Counted from the first letter of the stretch, positions 49,793 through 60,333 are shown. The stretch is 64,000 nt of DNA from Longimicrobiales bacterium (GCA_965226375.1 CBDDCX010000007.1:352001-416000); one strand, 5' to 3'. Numbers and translations are program-made. The notes: generated by a model not told the origin, from the sequence alone.

Positions 49793-50305
49793 ATCGCAGA
49801 GCAAAGAGTCCGTATCAACGATCAGATCCGGATCAGTCCTGTCCGGTTGATCGACGACGAAGGGGGCCAGGTAGGTATCGTCTCCATCGAAGAAGCTAGG
49901 GAACTAGCGCAAAGCAAGGGCCTGGATGTGGTGGAAGTCGCCCCGGACGCTCGGCCTCCAGTGTGCAAGCTGATGGACTATGGGAAGCACAGGTACGAGG
50001 CACAGCGGGCCGCCAAGGAAGCGAAGAAGAAACAGCACCACGTTCAGGTCAAAGAGGTGAAGTTTCGCCCCGGAATCGAAGACCATGACTACAACTTCAA
50101 GGTCCGTCATGCTCGGCGGTTTCTGAGTGAAGGGAACAAGGTCAAGCTGACCATGATGTTTCGGGGACGGCAGGTGACGCACCCCGAGTTGGGACGCGAC
50201 GTGCTGCTTCGCGTCACAGAGGACCTGGAGGACGTGGGGAAGGTTGAATCCCTGCCGAGTTTCGAGGGGCGAATCATGTCGATGGTTCTGGGGCCCCTCA
50301 AGTAA
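49793..50305 (+). CDS. infC: Translation initiation factor IF-3 (probable ATC start)
   Basis: RINDQI, PPVCKLMDYGK, KEVKFRP, MFRGRQ; GGAGGA 7 nt before an in-frame ATC. Confidence 0.96.
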   Translation: MAEQRVRINDQIRISPVRLIDDEGGQVGIVSIEEARELAQSKGLDVVEVAPDARPPVCKLMDYGKHRYEAQRAAKEAKKKQHHVQVKEVKFRPGIEDHDYNFKVRHARRFLSEGNKVKLTMMFRGRQVTHPELGRDVLLRVTEDLEDVGKVESLPSFEGRIMSMVLGPLK

Positions 50306-50353
50306 TTGCTCATAGGGGGACCCACCCACGGGCCCCAAGGGAGTAGATAAGCA

Positions 50354-50551
50354 ATGCCGAAAATGAAGACCAATCGTGGTGCGGCCAAGCGTCTCCGCCG
50401 AACCGCATCGGGCAAGATCCGGCGGATGCGGGCGAACAAGAGCCACATCCTCACAAAGAAGTCAAAGAAGAGAAAGCGCCGTCTCCGTACCGCCACCTTG
50501 GTGAGCAAGGCCGACGAGAAGCGCATGAAGCGACTCCTTCCAGGGTCGTAA
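50354..50551 (+). CDS. rpmI: 50S ribosomal protein L35
   Basis: [13 protein letters not shown]...HILTKK. Confidence 0.97.
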   Translation: MPKMKTNRGAAKRLRRTASGKIRRMRANKSHILTKKSKKRKRRLRTATLVSKADEKRMKRLLPGS

Positions 50552-50569
50552 GCCAAAGGGGAAGCCTCG

Positions 50570-50932
50570 ATGCCAAGAGCAACATCAGCGCCGGCTCGTA
50601 ACAAGCGGAAAAAGAAGATTTTAAAGGCGGCCAAAGGATACTTTGGCGGCCGCAAGAACCTGTACCGGACAGCGAAGGATGCCGTTGAAAAAGGCTGGGA
50701 GCACGCGTACCGGGACCGGAAGAACAAAAAGCGCACGTTCAGGCGCCTCTGGATTACCCGGATCAACGCTGCTGCTCGTGAGAACGAGCTCTCGTATTCC
50801 CGGTTCATGAACGGACTCAAGCGCGCCGGGATCGACCTGGATCGCAAGGTGCTGGCGGATCTCGCCGTGCGCAGTCCGGAGGCTTTTAGCGCGTTGGCGG
50901 ACCGGGCCAAAGCGGGGTTGGAAGCTGGGTAG
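50570..50932 (+). CDS. rplT: 50S ribosomal protein L20
   Basis: [32 protein letters not shown]. Confidence 0.98.
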   Translation: MPRATSAPARNKRKKKILKAAKGYFGGRKNLYRTAKDAVEKGWEHAYRDRKNKKRTFRRLWITRINAAARENELSYSRFMNGLKRAGIDLDRKVLADLAVRSPEAFSALADRAKAGLEAG

Positions 50933-50960
50933 CCGCCGCCCCTTTCGGCCACGGTACGCC

Positions 50961-50994
50961 AGGGGCTTCGCGACGATTCTGTCGCGGGGCCCCT
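50961..50994 (+). terminator. Stem-loop after rplT
   Basis: AGGGGCTTCGCGAC-GATTCT-GTCGCGGGGCCCCT; weak U-tract. Confidence 0.45.
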
Positions 50995-51062
50995 CGCTAT
51001 TGACGGCTATGGGTAGGACCAGCGTAAGTTGTTGCCCTCAACCGAGGTGAACGCGTTCATAT

Positions 51063-52106
51063 ATGAGTGATTCTAACTCTCTCATCGACACCCTGAAGGC
51101 CCTCGAGGCCGAGGCTCTTGCCGCGATAGAGGATGCCTCGAGCGCTGAGACTCTCGAGGAGCTTCGCATCGCCTATTTGGGCCGGAAAGAGGGCCGCATC
51201 TCGGCGGTCCTGCGCGGACTGGGTGCGCTCGACGTGTCCGAGCGTCCCGCTGTAGGGGCCGAGGCGAACCGTGTTAAGCAGGCCCTCCAGTCGGCTCTGG
51301 AGGAAGGGGAAGGTGCGGTGGCGGGAGAGAGTGTCCCCACCGGTCCTGCCGAGGACCTCACGTTGCCCGGCCGGACTCGCTGGAAGGGTGGCATCCATCC
51401 GGTGAACCAGGTCGTCGACGAAATCTGGCAGATCTTCCGATCTTTGGGGTTCGTACGTGCTCGTGGGCCCGAGGCCGACACCGAGTGGTACAACTTCTTG
51501 GCTCTGAATACGCCACTCGACCATCCGGCAGCCGATGAGCAGGACACGCTCTACCTGAAGGACTCCGTTCTCCTCCGCAGCCACACGTCGCCCGTGCAGG
51601 TGCGAGTAATGGAGCACCATCCCCCTCCCATTCGCATTCTGGCACCTGGAATGGTCTATCGGCGAGACACCTACGATGCCACCCACACCCCGGCGTTTGC
51701 GCAGATCGAGGGCCTGGTGGTGGACGAGGGGATCACCTTTGTGGACTTCAAGGCCACACTGGCCGAGTTCGCGCGCCGATTCTGGGGTCCGGGGACCAAG
51801 GTCCGCTTCCGTCCCTCCTACTTTCCCTTCACCGAGCCCAGCGCGGAAGTGGACGTGAAGCGGCAGCTGACCATGAAAGACGGGACCCAGGTCGAGTCCG
51901 ATTGGATCGAGATCATGGGGGCCGGAATGGTGGACCCCAACGTGCTCGAAAACGTGGGTTACGACGCGGAGCGCTACACCGGATTCGCGTTCGGCATGGG
52001 GCCGGCCCGTATCGCGCTCCTCAAGTACGGCGTGCCCGATCTCCGGCTGTTCTTCGAGAACGACGTCCGTTTCCTCTCCCAGTTCGCGCAGGGAGGGGCC
52101 TCATGA
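51063..52106 (+). CDS. pheS: Phenylalanine-tRNA ligase alpha subunit
   Basis: HTSPVQ, RFRPSYFPFTEPS, GFAFGMG. Confidence 0.98.
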   Translation: MSDSNSLIDTLKALEAEALAAIEDASSAETLEELRIAYLGRKEGRISAVLRGLGALDVSERPAVGAEANRVKQALQSALEEGEGAVAGESVPTGPAEDLTLPGRTRWKGGIHPVNQVVDEIWQIFRSLGFVRARGPEADTEWYNFLALNTPLDHPAADEQDTLYLKDSVLLRSHTSPVQVRVMEHHPPPIRILAPGMVYRRDTYDATHTPAFAQIEGLVVDEGITFVDFKATLAEFARRFWGPGTKVRFRPSYFPFTEPSAEVDVKRQLTMKDGTQVESDWIEIMGAGMVDPNVLENVGYDAERYTGFAFGMGPARIALLKYGVPDLRLFFENDVRFLSQFAQGGAS

Positions 52107-54556
52107 ACATCTCGTTCGCTTGGCTCAACGCCATGGTGCCGGATCTGGCACTGGGCGTCGAAGAGGTGGCCGAGCATCTCGCCACCCGCGGAGCTCCGGT
52201 GGAGGACACCGAGTACCTCGGCGCGGGGCTCGAACAGGTCATCGTGGCTCGGGTGGAGTCGGTGCGACAACACCCCAATGCAGACCGTCTGTCTCTCTGC
52301 GAGGTGAATAACGGAGAGGAGACGCTCCAGGTCGTGTGTGGCGCCCCGATCATCCACGAGGGCGGCTACTACCCGTTCGCGGGGGTCGGGGTGACCCTGC
52401 CTGGTGACTTCACGCTCAAGCGGGCCAAGATCCGGGGTGAATACTCGAACGGGATGCTCTGCTCCGAGAAGGAGTTGGGCCTGGGACGGGACCAGGGCGG
52501 TATCATGCACCTGACGGGCCAGGTGTCGTTGGGCCAGCCCCTCACCGAAGCTCTCGCGCTCGACGATGTCCGACTGGACGTAGAGGTGACCCCCAACCGC
52601 GGCGACTGGTTGTCTCATGTGGGAGTGGCCAGGGAGGTGGCTCCCGGTGGGGTCGACGGTATCGAACTTCCGGCGATTCCAGGTGCTCCGGAGTTCGATT
52701 TAGAGGTCAAGACGGCCGAGCTGGAGGTCACACATGCCGAGGTCGGCATCCGTATCGACGAACCTGCGCTCTGCTACCGATTCCTCGGTGTGATCATTCG
52801 TGGGGTGGAGGTAGGCCCCTCTCCGGAGTGGCTCGCCCAGCGACTGCGGGCGGTAGATCAGCAGCCCATCAACAACGTGGTTGATGCCACGAACTACGTG
52901 ATGCTCGAGATGGGTAACCCGATGCACGCCTACGACCTGGGCAAGCTCGACGAGTCGAGACTGGTCGTGCGGCACGCGAGGGACGGGGAAGAAATGCAGA
53001 CCCTGGACGGGTTGGAGCACGAGTTGGACTCTGACATGCTTATGATCTGCGACGCTTCCGTTCCCCACGACATCGCCGGAGTGATGGGTGGCATGCACTC
53101 GTCGGTAACCGAGGAGACCACCGAGATTCTGCTGGAATGCGCCCTCTTCGAGCCGAAGTCCATCCGGAGGACCCGGAAAGCGCTGGGCATCTCCACGGAT
53201 GCCAGTTATCGGTTCGAGAGGGGAGTGGATCCCGAAGGACACCTCCCGGCCGTCAAGAGGGCCTTGGAGGTCATCCTGGCCACGGCAGGTGGCGAGATCG
53301 ATGGGCCGATCCTAGAGGTGCTTCCGCGCCCGTGGGAGCCGGTCACGTTGACGCTCCGGCTGTCTCGGGTCACCCGCGTCCTCGGCGTGTCTCTGGGAGC
53401 GAAGGAGATCGAAGGCCTACTCGAGCCGTTGGGATTCGGCGTCGACGCGGGCGGTGAGGACGAGCTCAGCGTGAGGGTGCCGGGCTATAGAAGTTACGAC
53501 GTGACCCGCGAAGTGGACCTCATCGAGGAGATCGCGCGCACCCACGGGTACGACAACTTTCCCGACGATCTGGGGCCGGCCCGTCCCACGAGCGTGCCGG
53601 ACGATCCGCTCTTCCAACTCGAGGACAACCTGAGGCTCGCGCTGGCCGGGGCGGGGCTGCTCGAGGCCACCAATCCTGCGTTCGCTCCCGAGTCCGAGGG
53701 AGACGTGGAACTCAACAACCCCATCTCCAGCGAGGAGAGCCGTCTGCGTGGCGCGCTCCTTCCGGCGCTGTTGCGGCGGGTGGAGCACAACTTCGCTCGA
53801 GGCGCGCGTGACGTGCGTTTCTTCGAGATCGGTACGGTCTTCCACTTCGCCGGTTCGGGGAATGCACCGCACGAGGATCTTCACGTGGCCTTGACTGTCA
53901 CGGGACGGCAACGGCCGGGTCACTGGTCCGAGGAGGTCGAGCCCGTCGATTTCTGGACGTTGAAGGGACTCGTGCAGGAGACCCTGGCCGAGTCCGGCTG
54001 GGAAGGGGTATCGGTGGGCCCTGCGGGTGCGGGCGCTGTGGCCGAGGGGGCGGACGGTGCCGGCGGCGAGGGATTCGGGGGCGACCCGATGTTCGTGCCT
54101 TCGACCACGGTCGGAATCTCGCTGTCGTCCGGCGTATCCGTGGGGTCGGCCGGACAGGTCAGGAAGGAGCGGATCGATGCTCCAGCTTGGGCAGGGCCCT
54201 TGTGGGCCATGGAGCTCCGCCTGCCGGCCGAACCCCGCCTGGAGCGAACGCCCACATTCCGACCCCTACCGCAGTTTCCCGGGGTGGATCGTGATCTCGC
54301 TCTTCTCGTCCCGCACGACGTTCCGGCGGACTCCGTGGTCGAATGTATTCGCGGGTCGGGTGGCGCACTCCTCGACAAAGTCACCATCTTCGACATGTAT
54401 CGGGGAGAGGGTGTCGGCGAGGCCGAGCGGTCGCTCGCGTTCCGTCTTCGCCTTCAGGCGTGGGACAGAACGCTGACAGACAAGGAAGTGGACCGGGTGG
54501 TCGGGAAGGTCATCAAGAGACTTGTGGAGGACCTCGGTGTCGAACAACGCCTCTGA
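52103..54556 (+). CDS. pheT: Phenylalanine-tRNA ligase beta subunit
   Basis: HPNADRL, VCGAP, GMLCSEKELG, TPNRGD, YRFERGVD, DLIEEIAR, RTLTD; ATGA overlap with pheS. Confidence 0.97.
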   Translation: MNISFAWLNAMVPDLALGVEEVAEHLATRGAPVEDTEYLGAGLEQVIVARVESVRQHPNADRLSLCEVNNGEETLQVVCGAPIIHEGGYYPFAGVGVTLPGDFTLKRAKIRGEYSNGMLCSEKELGLGRDQGGIMHLTGQVSLGQPLTEALALDDVRLDVEVTPNRGDWLSHVGVAREVAPGGVDGIELPAIPGAPEFDLEVKTAELEVTHAEVGIRIDEPALCYRFLGVIIRGVEVGPSPEWLAQRLRAVDQQPINNVVDATNYVMLEMGNPMHAYDLGKLDESRLVVRHARDGEEMQTLDGLEHELDSDMLMICDASVPHDIAGVMGGMHSSVTEETTEILLECALFEPKSIRRTRKALGISTDASYRFERGVDPEGHLPAVKRALEVILATAGGEIDGPILEVLPRPWEPVTLTLRLSRVTRVLGVSLGAKEIEGLLEPLGFGVDAGGEDELSVRVPGYRSYDVTREVDLIEEIARTHGYDNFPDDLGPARPTSVPDDPLFQLEDNLRLALAGAGLLEATNPAFAPESEGDVELNNPISSEESRLRGALLPALLRRVEHNFARGARDVRFFEIGTVFHFAGSGNAPHEDLHVALTVTGRQRPGHWSEEVEPVDFWTLKGLVQETLAESGWEGVSVGPAGAGAVAEGADGAGGEGFGGDPMFVPSTTVGISLSSGVSVGSAGQVRKERIDAPAWAGPLWAMELRLPAEPRLERTPTFRPLPQFPGVDRDLALLVPHDVPADSVVECIRGSGGALLDKVTIFDMYRGEGVGEAERSLAFRLRLQAWDRTLTDKEVDRVVGKVIKRLVEDLGVEQRL

Positions 54557-54851
54557 GAAAGCAAAGGTGACCCCGGCTGCGGCTATCAAACGACTCAAGG
54601 CCGCCGTTGCCGATGCAGTCGGAGAGGTCGAGCGCCTCCGCGCGGAGCTCGCGCGCATGGAGGCTCAGGGCGAGGAGCTCGAGGGCCTGATCCGAGGCGT
54701 GACGTCCGGGGAGCGAAGCCCGCGTGAGATGATCGACAGGATCAGCATTCTGGATGAGGAGAACCGTGACCTCCGAGCCCGTGTGAACCAGGGCAGGGAG
54801 GGAGTCGAGCGTCTACTGGCGAGAATCAGATTTCTGGAGGAGCAGCAGTGA
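54537..54851 (+). CDS. Coiled-coil protein, ZapB-like
   Basis: All-helical heptad pattern; sits between pheT and zapA. Confidence 0.65.
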   Translation: MSNNASEKAKVTPAAAIKRLKAAVADAVGEVERLRAELARMEAQGEELEGLIRGVTSGERSPREMIDRISILDEENRDLRARVNQGREGVERLLARIRFLEEQQ

Positions 54852-55144
54852 GCGCAGACAAGGAGTCCGTGACGGTCCGGATCGCCGGTGAAGAGCACAC
54901 CATCCGCTCCAGCGCCGAGGCGGAGTACACCAAACGCTGTGCCCGCTACGTGGATCAGCGAATACACGACATCAAGAAGCAGGTCGGGCTCCTCGAGGGG
55001 CATAAGGCCGCCATTCTCGCGGCCCTCTCCATCACCGACGAGTTCTTTCAGGCAAAGGAAGATCTGGAGCAGAGCGGCATCGACATGGCGTCAACGGTCG
55101 ACGGACTCGCCGAAGCCTTGGAAAGCGCGCTAGCCCCCGAGTAA
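54848..55144 (+). CDS. zapA: Cell division protein ZapA
   Basis: VTVRIAGEEHTI, ARYVDQRI, AILAALSITDE. Confidence 0.9.
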   Translation: MSADKESVTVRIAGEEHTIRSSAEAEYTKRCARYVDQRIHDIKKQVGLLEGHKAAILAALSITDEFFQAKEDLEQSGIDMASTVDGLAEALESALAPE

Positions 55145-55311
55145 CAGGCGATTGCATCGGGGTGTCCGCTACAAACTCCTCGTCGATGGCGATGTCGAAG
55201 CTTCGACGACTTGCGTTTCGTCGAACCTAAATCCATTGTTTTTCCGGTAGTTAGCCATCACCCACCGTACAGACGCCTCCTTGGGTGGCGTTTGTTGTTC
55301 GGAGTAGATAA

Positions 55312-56883
55312 ATGGACCCGCTGGTTATCGGACTGGCGGCGGCTGTAGGATTGCTCTTTGGAGCAGCGGGATACGTCGGACGCGGCCTGATCGAGCAGTC
55401 GCGTCAGAAGAAGGCTCAGGCGGCCGCCGAGGATGAGGCCTCCAGGATCCTGGCTCGCGCACAGGAAGAAGCAGACAACCTCCGTACCTCCAAGGTCCTC
55501 GAGGGTAAGGAAGAAATCTTCCGGCTCCGGGAGTCCTGGGAGCAAGAGGAGCAGCGCCTCCGAGAGGACGCCGAGCGGGCTGAGAAGCGCCTTGCCGAGC
55601 GCTCGGACTCGCAGGACCGCCGATTCGACACCCTGAACGAGAAGGAATCGGCCCAGGAGCAGCGCGCCAAGGAGTTGGATCAGCGAGAGGGCCAGCTCGA
55701 CGGGTCTGCCCAAGAGGTGGAGCGCTCACGGGCGGAGGTGCGCAAGAAGCTCGAGACGATGGCGGGGACCTCGGCGGCCGAGGCCAAGCAGCAGTTGATC
55801 CACGATCTGAAGGACGAAGCGAGGGCTGACGCCGCCAACGACCTCCGCGAGATCAAGGACGAGGCGCAGCGCAACGCCGACCGCGAGGCCAAGAAAATTC
55901 TAGGCCTCGCCATTCAACGCATGGCTGCCGACCAGACCGCGGAGATGACCGTCTCTGTCGTACAGCTTCCCTCCGACGAGATGAAGGGCCGCATTATCGG
56001 GCGGGAAGGACGTAATATCCGCTCGTTCGAGCAGGCGACCGGTATCGACGTCATCATCGACGACACCCCCGAGGCTGTGGTGCTCTCTGGCTTCGACCCG
56101 GTACGCCGAGAGGTGGCTCGGATCGCTTTACAACGGCTCATCGAAGACGGACGCATCCACCCCGGGCGCATCGAGGAGATGGTGGATAAGAGCCGAGCAG
56201 AAGTGGAGCAGTCCATGGTCGAGGCGGCCGAGGAGGTGCTCTACGAGCTCGGTATCCACAACGTCAATGCAGAGGTCGTGAAGATCCTCGGCCGGCTGAA
56301 ATTCAGAACGTCATACGGTCAGAACCAGCTTCAGCACGCCAAGGAGGTGGCCCTCCTGGCGGGAAACATGGCGACGGAGATGGGGCTGGACGTACAAGCG
56401 ACCAAGCGCGCCGGGGTGCTGCACGATGTCGGGAAGGGCATGACACACGAGCACGAAGGCACCCATGTGGAGCTCGGCTATCGTCTATGCAAGAAGCACA
56501 ACGAGTCCGAGATCGTCCTGAATGCTATCAAGGCTCATCACGACGAGGAGCCGCATTACTTTCCCGAAACCTTTCTCGTGACCGCAGGCGACGCCATCTC
56601 CGGGTCCCGTCCGGGGGCCCGGCGCGAGATGTTCGAGGGCTATGTAAAGCGGTTGGAAAAGCTGGAAGAGTTGGCCATGGAGCATCCCGGGGTGGAGCGC
56701 TGCTTTGCCATTCAGGCGGGGCGCGAGATCCGTGTCATGGTCGAGCCGGACAAGGTCACGGACAACGAGATGGCACAGATTTCCGAGGCCGTAGCGAGAC
56801 GCATCGAAGGTGAGCTGCAGTACCCGGGTCAGATAAAGGTGGTCGTGATCCGCGAGACCCGGGCTATCGATTTTGCACGCTGA
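55312..56883 (+). CDS. rny: Ribonuclease Y
   Basis: N-terminal TM, coiled coil, KH (KGRIIGREGRNIR), HD (LHDVGK), AIQAGRE. Confidence 0.97.
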   Translation: MDPLVIGLAAAVGLLFGAAGYVGRGLIEQSRQKKAQAAAEDEASRILARAQEEADNLRTSKVLEGKEEIFRLRESWEQEEQRLREDAERAEKRLAERSDSQDRRFDTLNEKESAQEQRAKELDQREGQLDGSAQEVERSRAEVRKKLETMAGTSAAEAKQQLIHDLKDEARADAANDLREIKDEAQRNADREAKKILGLAIQRMAADQTAEMTVSVVQLPSDEMKGRIIGREGRNIRSFEQATGIDVIIDDTPEAVVLSGFDPVRREVARIALQRLIEDGRIHPGRIEEMVDKSRAEVEQSMVEAAEEVLYELGIHNVNAEVVKILGRLKFRTSYGQNQLQHAKEVALLAGNMATEMGLDVQATKRAGVLHDVGKGMTHEHEGTHVELGYRLCKKHNESEIVLNAIKAHHDEEPHYFPETFLVTAGDAISGSRPGARREMFEGYVKRLEKLEELAMEHPGVERCFAIQAGREIRVMVEPDKVTDNEMAQISEAVARRIEGELQYPGQIKVVVIRETRAIDFAR

Positions 56884-56961
56884 TGCCCGAGAACATGGAT
56901 ACGGTTAGACAGCGAAGGGACCGTCTAGTGTGGGTAGCCCTGTACACATACAGGAGAGCGA

Positions 56962-57855
56962 ATGTCGGCTGACATCATCTCGGGCAAAGAGATCGCCGCG
57001 TCCATCCGGGAAGAGCTCAAGGAGCGCGTGGCCGAACTGAAGGAGTCCGGGCTCATCCCCGGGCTTGCCGTGGTGCTCGCCGGAGAAGATCCGGCGAGCC
57101 AGGTCTATGTGGGCATGAAGAACAAGGCTGCCACTGAGGCGGGCATCCTCTCCCGGCAGATCACCCTGCCGATGGAGGTCACGGAGGAGGAGTTGCTCGG
57201 CGTCGTCGCGGGGCTGAATGCCGACCCCGACATCCACGGGATCCTGGTGCAACTTCCGCTGCCCGACCAGATCGACGAAGCCAAAGTTCTGTTGGCCATC
57301 GACCCGGAAAAGGATGTGGACGGTTTCCATCCGGTAAACGTGGGCCGGCTGGCCACTGGTGATCTGGACGTGCTCACGCCGTGTACCCCCCGGGGTGTGA
57401 TCGAGATGCTCATGCGTAGCGGGCACGATCCTGCGGGGAAGCATGCCGTGGTCGTGGGACGGTCCAATATTGTCGGGCGTCCCATGGCGTCGCTCCTTCT
57501 GCGCAAGGCCGCCGGTGGCAACGCGACGGTGACGGTGGCTCACAGTCGTACTCCCGATCTGGGCGCGGTCACGCGGGAAGCGGATATTCTGATCACGGCC
57601 ATCGGAATGCCTGAGTTCATCAGGGGCGACATGATCAAGCCCGGCGCGGTGGTCATCGACGTCGGCGTGAACCGAGTCGACGACGACACCCGTGAGCGCG
57701 GCTACCGTCTCGCGGGTGACGTGGCGTTCGACGAGGCAAAGGAGGTGGCCTCGGCCATCAGTCCGGTTCCCGGTGGTGTGGGACCGATGACCATCGCGAT
57801 GCTGCTCTCGAACACGGTGGACGCCGCAGTTCGATCGTCCAACACCGAGGGCTAG
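56962..57855 (+). CDS. folD: Methylene-THF dehydrogenase/cyclohydrolase
   Basis: GILVQLPLP, KDVDGFHP, PCTP, GRSNIVG, PVPGGVGPMT. Confidence 0.97.
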   Translation: MSADIISGKEIAASIREELKERVAELKESGLIPGLAVVLAGEDPASQVYVGMKNKAATEAGILSRQITLPMEVTEEELLGVVAGLNADPDIHGILVQLPLPDQIDEAKVLLAIDPEKDVDGFHPVNVGRLATGDLDVLTPCTPRGVIEMLMRSGHDPAGKHAVVVGRSNIVGRPMASLLLRKAAGGNATVTVAHSRTPDLGAVTREADILITAIGMPEFIRGDMIKPGAVVIDVGVNRVDDDTRERGYRLAGDVAFDEAKEVASAISPVPGGVGPMTIAMLLSNTVDAAVRSSNTEG

Positions 57856-57894
57856 AGGGCCGCGCTGCCGGGCCCCCCAAGGGACCGCGATCGT

Positions 57895-59103
57895 ATGACG
57901 AGCCCGCGCGTCTGGAGCGTCTCGCAGGTCAATCGGGCCGTCGGACGCCTACTCGAGGAGAGCATCGAGAGCCTATGGGTCTCGGGCGAGGTGGCGAATT
58001 GGACCCGCGCACGGTCTGGACACTGCTACTTCACGCTCAAGGACGAGCAAGCCCAAATCCGTTGCGCCATGTTCCGCACGGAAGCGGCCACTCTGCCCAC
58101 CGATCCCGAGCAAGGCATGAACGTCCGGGCGTTCGGTGGGTTGTCGTTGTACGTGGCCAAGGGCGAGTACCAGCTCATCGTACGTCGCCTCGAAGCCGAG
58201 GGTGAGGAGGGCCTGTGGCGCCTTGCCTTCGAGCGGGTGCGGGCCAAGCTCGATGCCGAGGGGCTGTTGGCGCCAGAGCGGAAGCGTCCGCTACCGGCCT
58301 TCCCGGGGACCGTCGGCGTGGTGACGTCCCTGGCCGGGGCGGCCCTTCACGACATCATTACGGTCGTCCGGCGTCGCGCCCCTTGGACCCGAGTCGTCGT
58401 ACGGGGAACCCGTGTGCAGGGCGAGGGCGCGGGGGTGGAAGTGGCTGAAGCCATCGAGGTGTTGGGTCGGAGTGGGCTCGCGGACGTATTGATCGTCAGC
58501 CGAGGAGGGGGCTCATTGGAGGATCTGTGGACCTTCAATGAAGAGGTGGTGGCACGGGCCATCGCCCAGTGCCCGGTTCCTGTGATCTCGGCTGTGGGTC
58601 ACGAGATCGACGTCACGGTCGCGGACCTTGTGGCCGACCACCGCGCACCCACTCCGTCGGCCGGCGCCGAGGCGGCGGTCCAAGACGCAGAGGCGTTAGG
58701 CGAGGTTCTTGCATTGAAGAGAGATCGCATGAGTCGGGCATTGCGGGGAGCGGCCCTCAGGCGTCGTGACGCGCTCGTGGTCCGACGGGGTCAATTACGA
58801 CGCTCGGCCTCGGTGCTGGCCCGCCCTCGCAGGGATGCCCTGGGCCGGGCTGGGGACCGGATGGAGATGGCGGTACGCAAGATGGTCTCGCTCAAGAGGA
58901 CCCGTCTGTCCGAGGGCGCAGGCAAGATGGATGTGCTGTCGCCATTGGGTACGCTGGCCCGGGGGTATGCCTTGCCCTTGGACGAGGCCGGCCGCGTTCT
59001 CAGGAGTTCAGCCGATCTGGAGCCCGGCTTGCGGTTTTCTCTCCGAGTTTCGGACGGGTCCGTGCCGTGCGAAGCGTTGGAGAGAGATGGAGCGGACAGT
59101 TGA
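57895..59103 (+). CDS. xseA: Exodeoxyribonuclease VII large subunit
   Basis: SGHCYFTLKD, RGGGSLEDLWTFN, SAVGHEID, RAPTPS. Confidence 0.96.
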   Translation: MTSPRVWSVSQVNRAVGRLLEESIESLWVSGEVANWTRARSGHCYFTLKDEQAQIRCAMFRTEAATLPTDPEQGMNVRAFGGLSLYVAKGEYQLIVRRLEAEGEEGLWRLAFERVRAKLDAEGLLAPERKRPLPAFPGTVGVVTSLAGAALHDIITVVRRRAPWTRVVVRGTRVQGEGAGVEVAEAIEVLGRSGLADVLIVSRGGGSLEDLWTFNEEVVARAIAQCPVPVISAVGHEIDVTVADLVADHRAPTPSAGAEAAVQDAEALGEVLALKRDRMSRALRGAALRRRDALVVRRGQLRRSASVLARPRRDALGRAGDRMEMAVRKMVSLKRTRLSEGAGKMDVLSPLGTLARGYALPLDEAGRVLRSSADLEPGLRFSLRVSDGSVPCEALERDGADS

Positions 59104-59161
59104 TGACCGCATCGATCGAGTCGGTAGACGCCCATGGGCGCTCAGTAAGGAGATATCTATT

Positions 59162-59425
59162 GTGACGCCGGCAGACGAAACGCTGGATCAAACCAGCGAA
59201 GGTGGTCCCTCTTTGGAGGACCGTCTCAGACGACTCGAGGAAATCGTTCGATCCCTCGAGGCGGACGACCTGGAGTTGGAGGGGGCCTTGGCCCTCTTCG
59301 AGGAGGGCGTCGAGCACGTCCGAAGCGCAGAGGACACTCTCAAGAACGCCGAACTCAAAGTCGAGGAACTCCTGGGTCCGGTCGAGGCCCACACCACGCA
59401 GCCCCTGGAGGACGAGGCGGAGTGA
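59162..59425 (+). CDS. xseB: Exodeoxyribonuclease VII small subunit
   Basis: LEEIVRSLE...LEGALALFEEGV...LKNAELKV; AAGGAG upstream of the GTG. Confidence 0.92.
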   Translation: MTPADETLDQTSEGGPSLEDRLRRLEEIVRSLEADDLELEGALALFEEGVEHVRSAEDTLKNAELKVEELLGPVEAHTTQPLEDEAE

Positions 59426-60333
59426 CCGACGGACCCTCTCTCGACCTCGAGGCATTTCTTCTCCAAGAAAGAGAGCAGGTGGAGCAGGCCCTCGAGCGCT
59501 CCCTCGAGTCCTTTCGGGGCGATCTTGCCACCGACTTGGCCGAGCCGATTCGCCACGCCGTGATGACGGGGGGAAAGCGGCTCCGGCCCATCTTGTGCGC
59601 CGTGGCCTACCGCGCCTGTGCAGGGATCCCCAGGACGGAAGTGTATGATCTGGCCGTCTCTCTCGAGCTCGTTCATGCCTACTCGCTCATGCACGACGAC
59701 CTTCCCTGCATGGACGACGCCGAGCTACGGCGTGGACGGCCTACTCCCCACACCCTCTACGGTGAGGAGGCGACGATCCGCGCCGGGCTCGCGCTGATTC
59801 CGGCCGCCTCGCTCCAAGCGCTCCGGGCTGCCAGGACACTCGGATGTGAAGACGACACGGTCCGCATGATCGTTCAGGAGCTCAATCGTGCCGCGGGAGG
59901 TGGCGGGATGGTGGGCGGTCAGTACCTGGATCTGCTGGCCGAGGAGTGCGCTCTGACATCCGAGGAGCTCGACGACCTGCACCGAAAGAAGACGGGAGCG
60001 CTCCTCACGGCGTCCTTGGCGATCGGGGGACTGGCGGCCGGTGCCTCCGAATCGACGCTCGCCGGGCTGCACCGGTACGGGCAAGCGGTCGGGCTGGCTT
60101 TCCAGGTCACCGACGACATTCTCGACGAGACCTCTTCGGCGGCCGCGCTCGGCAAAAATCCGAGTGACGGTCTCCTGGCAAAGAGCACCTATGTGTCGCT
60201 CCACGGTGTGGAGGAAGCGGCTCGTCGAGCTCGAACGCTCGCGGAAGAGGCCGTCGAGGCACTGCGGACGGCGAGGATAGGAGCTCCCGAGCTCATTGCG
60301 CTCGCCCACTACCTCGTGGAACGGAAGAGCTAG
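59422..60333 (+). CDS. ispA: Farnesyl/geranylgeranyl diphosphate synthase
   Basis: GGKRLRP, SLMHDDLPCMD, RRG, GQYLD, KTG, FQVTDD. Confidence 0.9.
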   Translation: MTDGPSLDLEAFLLQEREQVEQALERSLESFRGDLATDLAEPIRHAVMTGGKRLRPILCAVAYRACAGIPRTEVYDLAVSLELVHAYSLMHDDLPCMDDAELRRGRPTPHTLYGEEATIRAGLALIPAASLQALRAARTLGCEDDTVRMIVQELNRAAGGGGMVGGQYLDLLAEECALTSEELDDLHRKKTGALLTASLAIGGLAAGASESTLAGLHRYGQAVGLAFQVTDDILDETSSAAALGKNPSDGLLAKSTYVSLHGVEEAARRARTLAEEAVEALRTARIGAPELIALAHYLVERKS

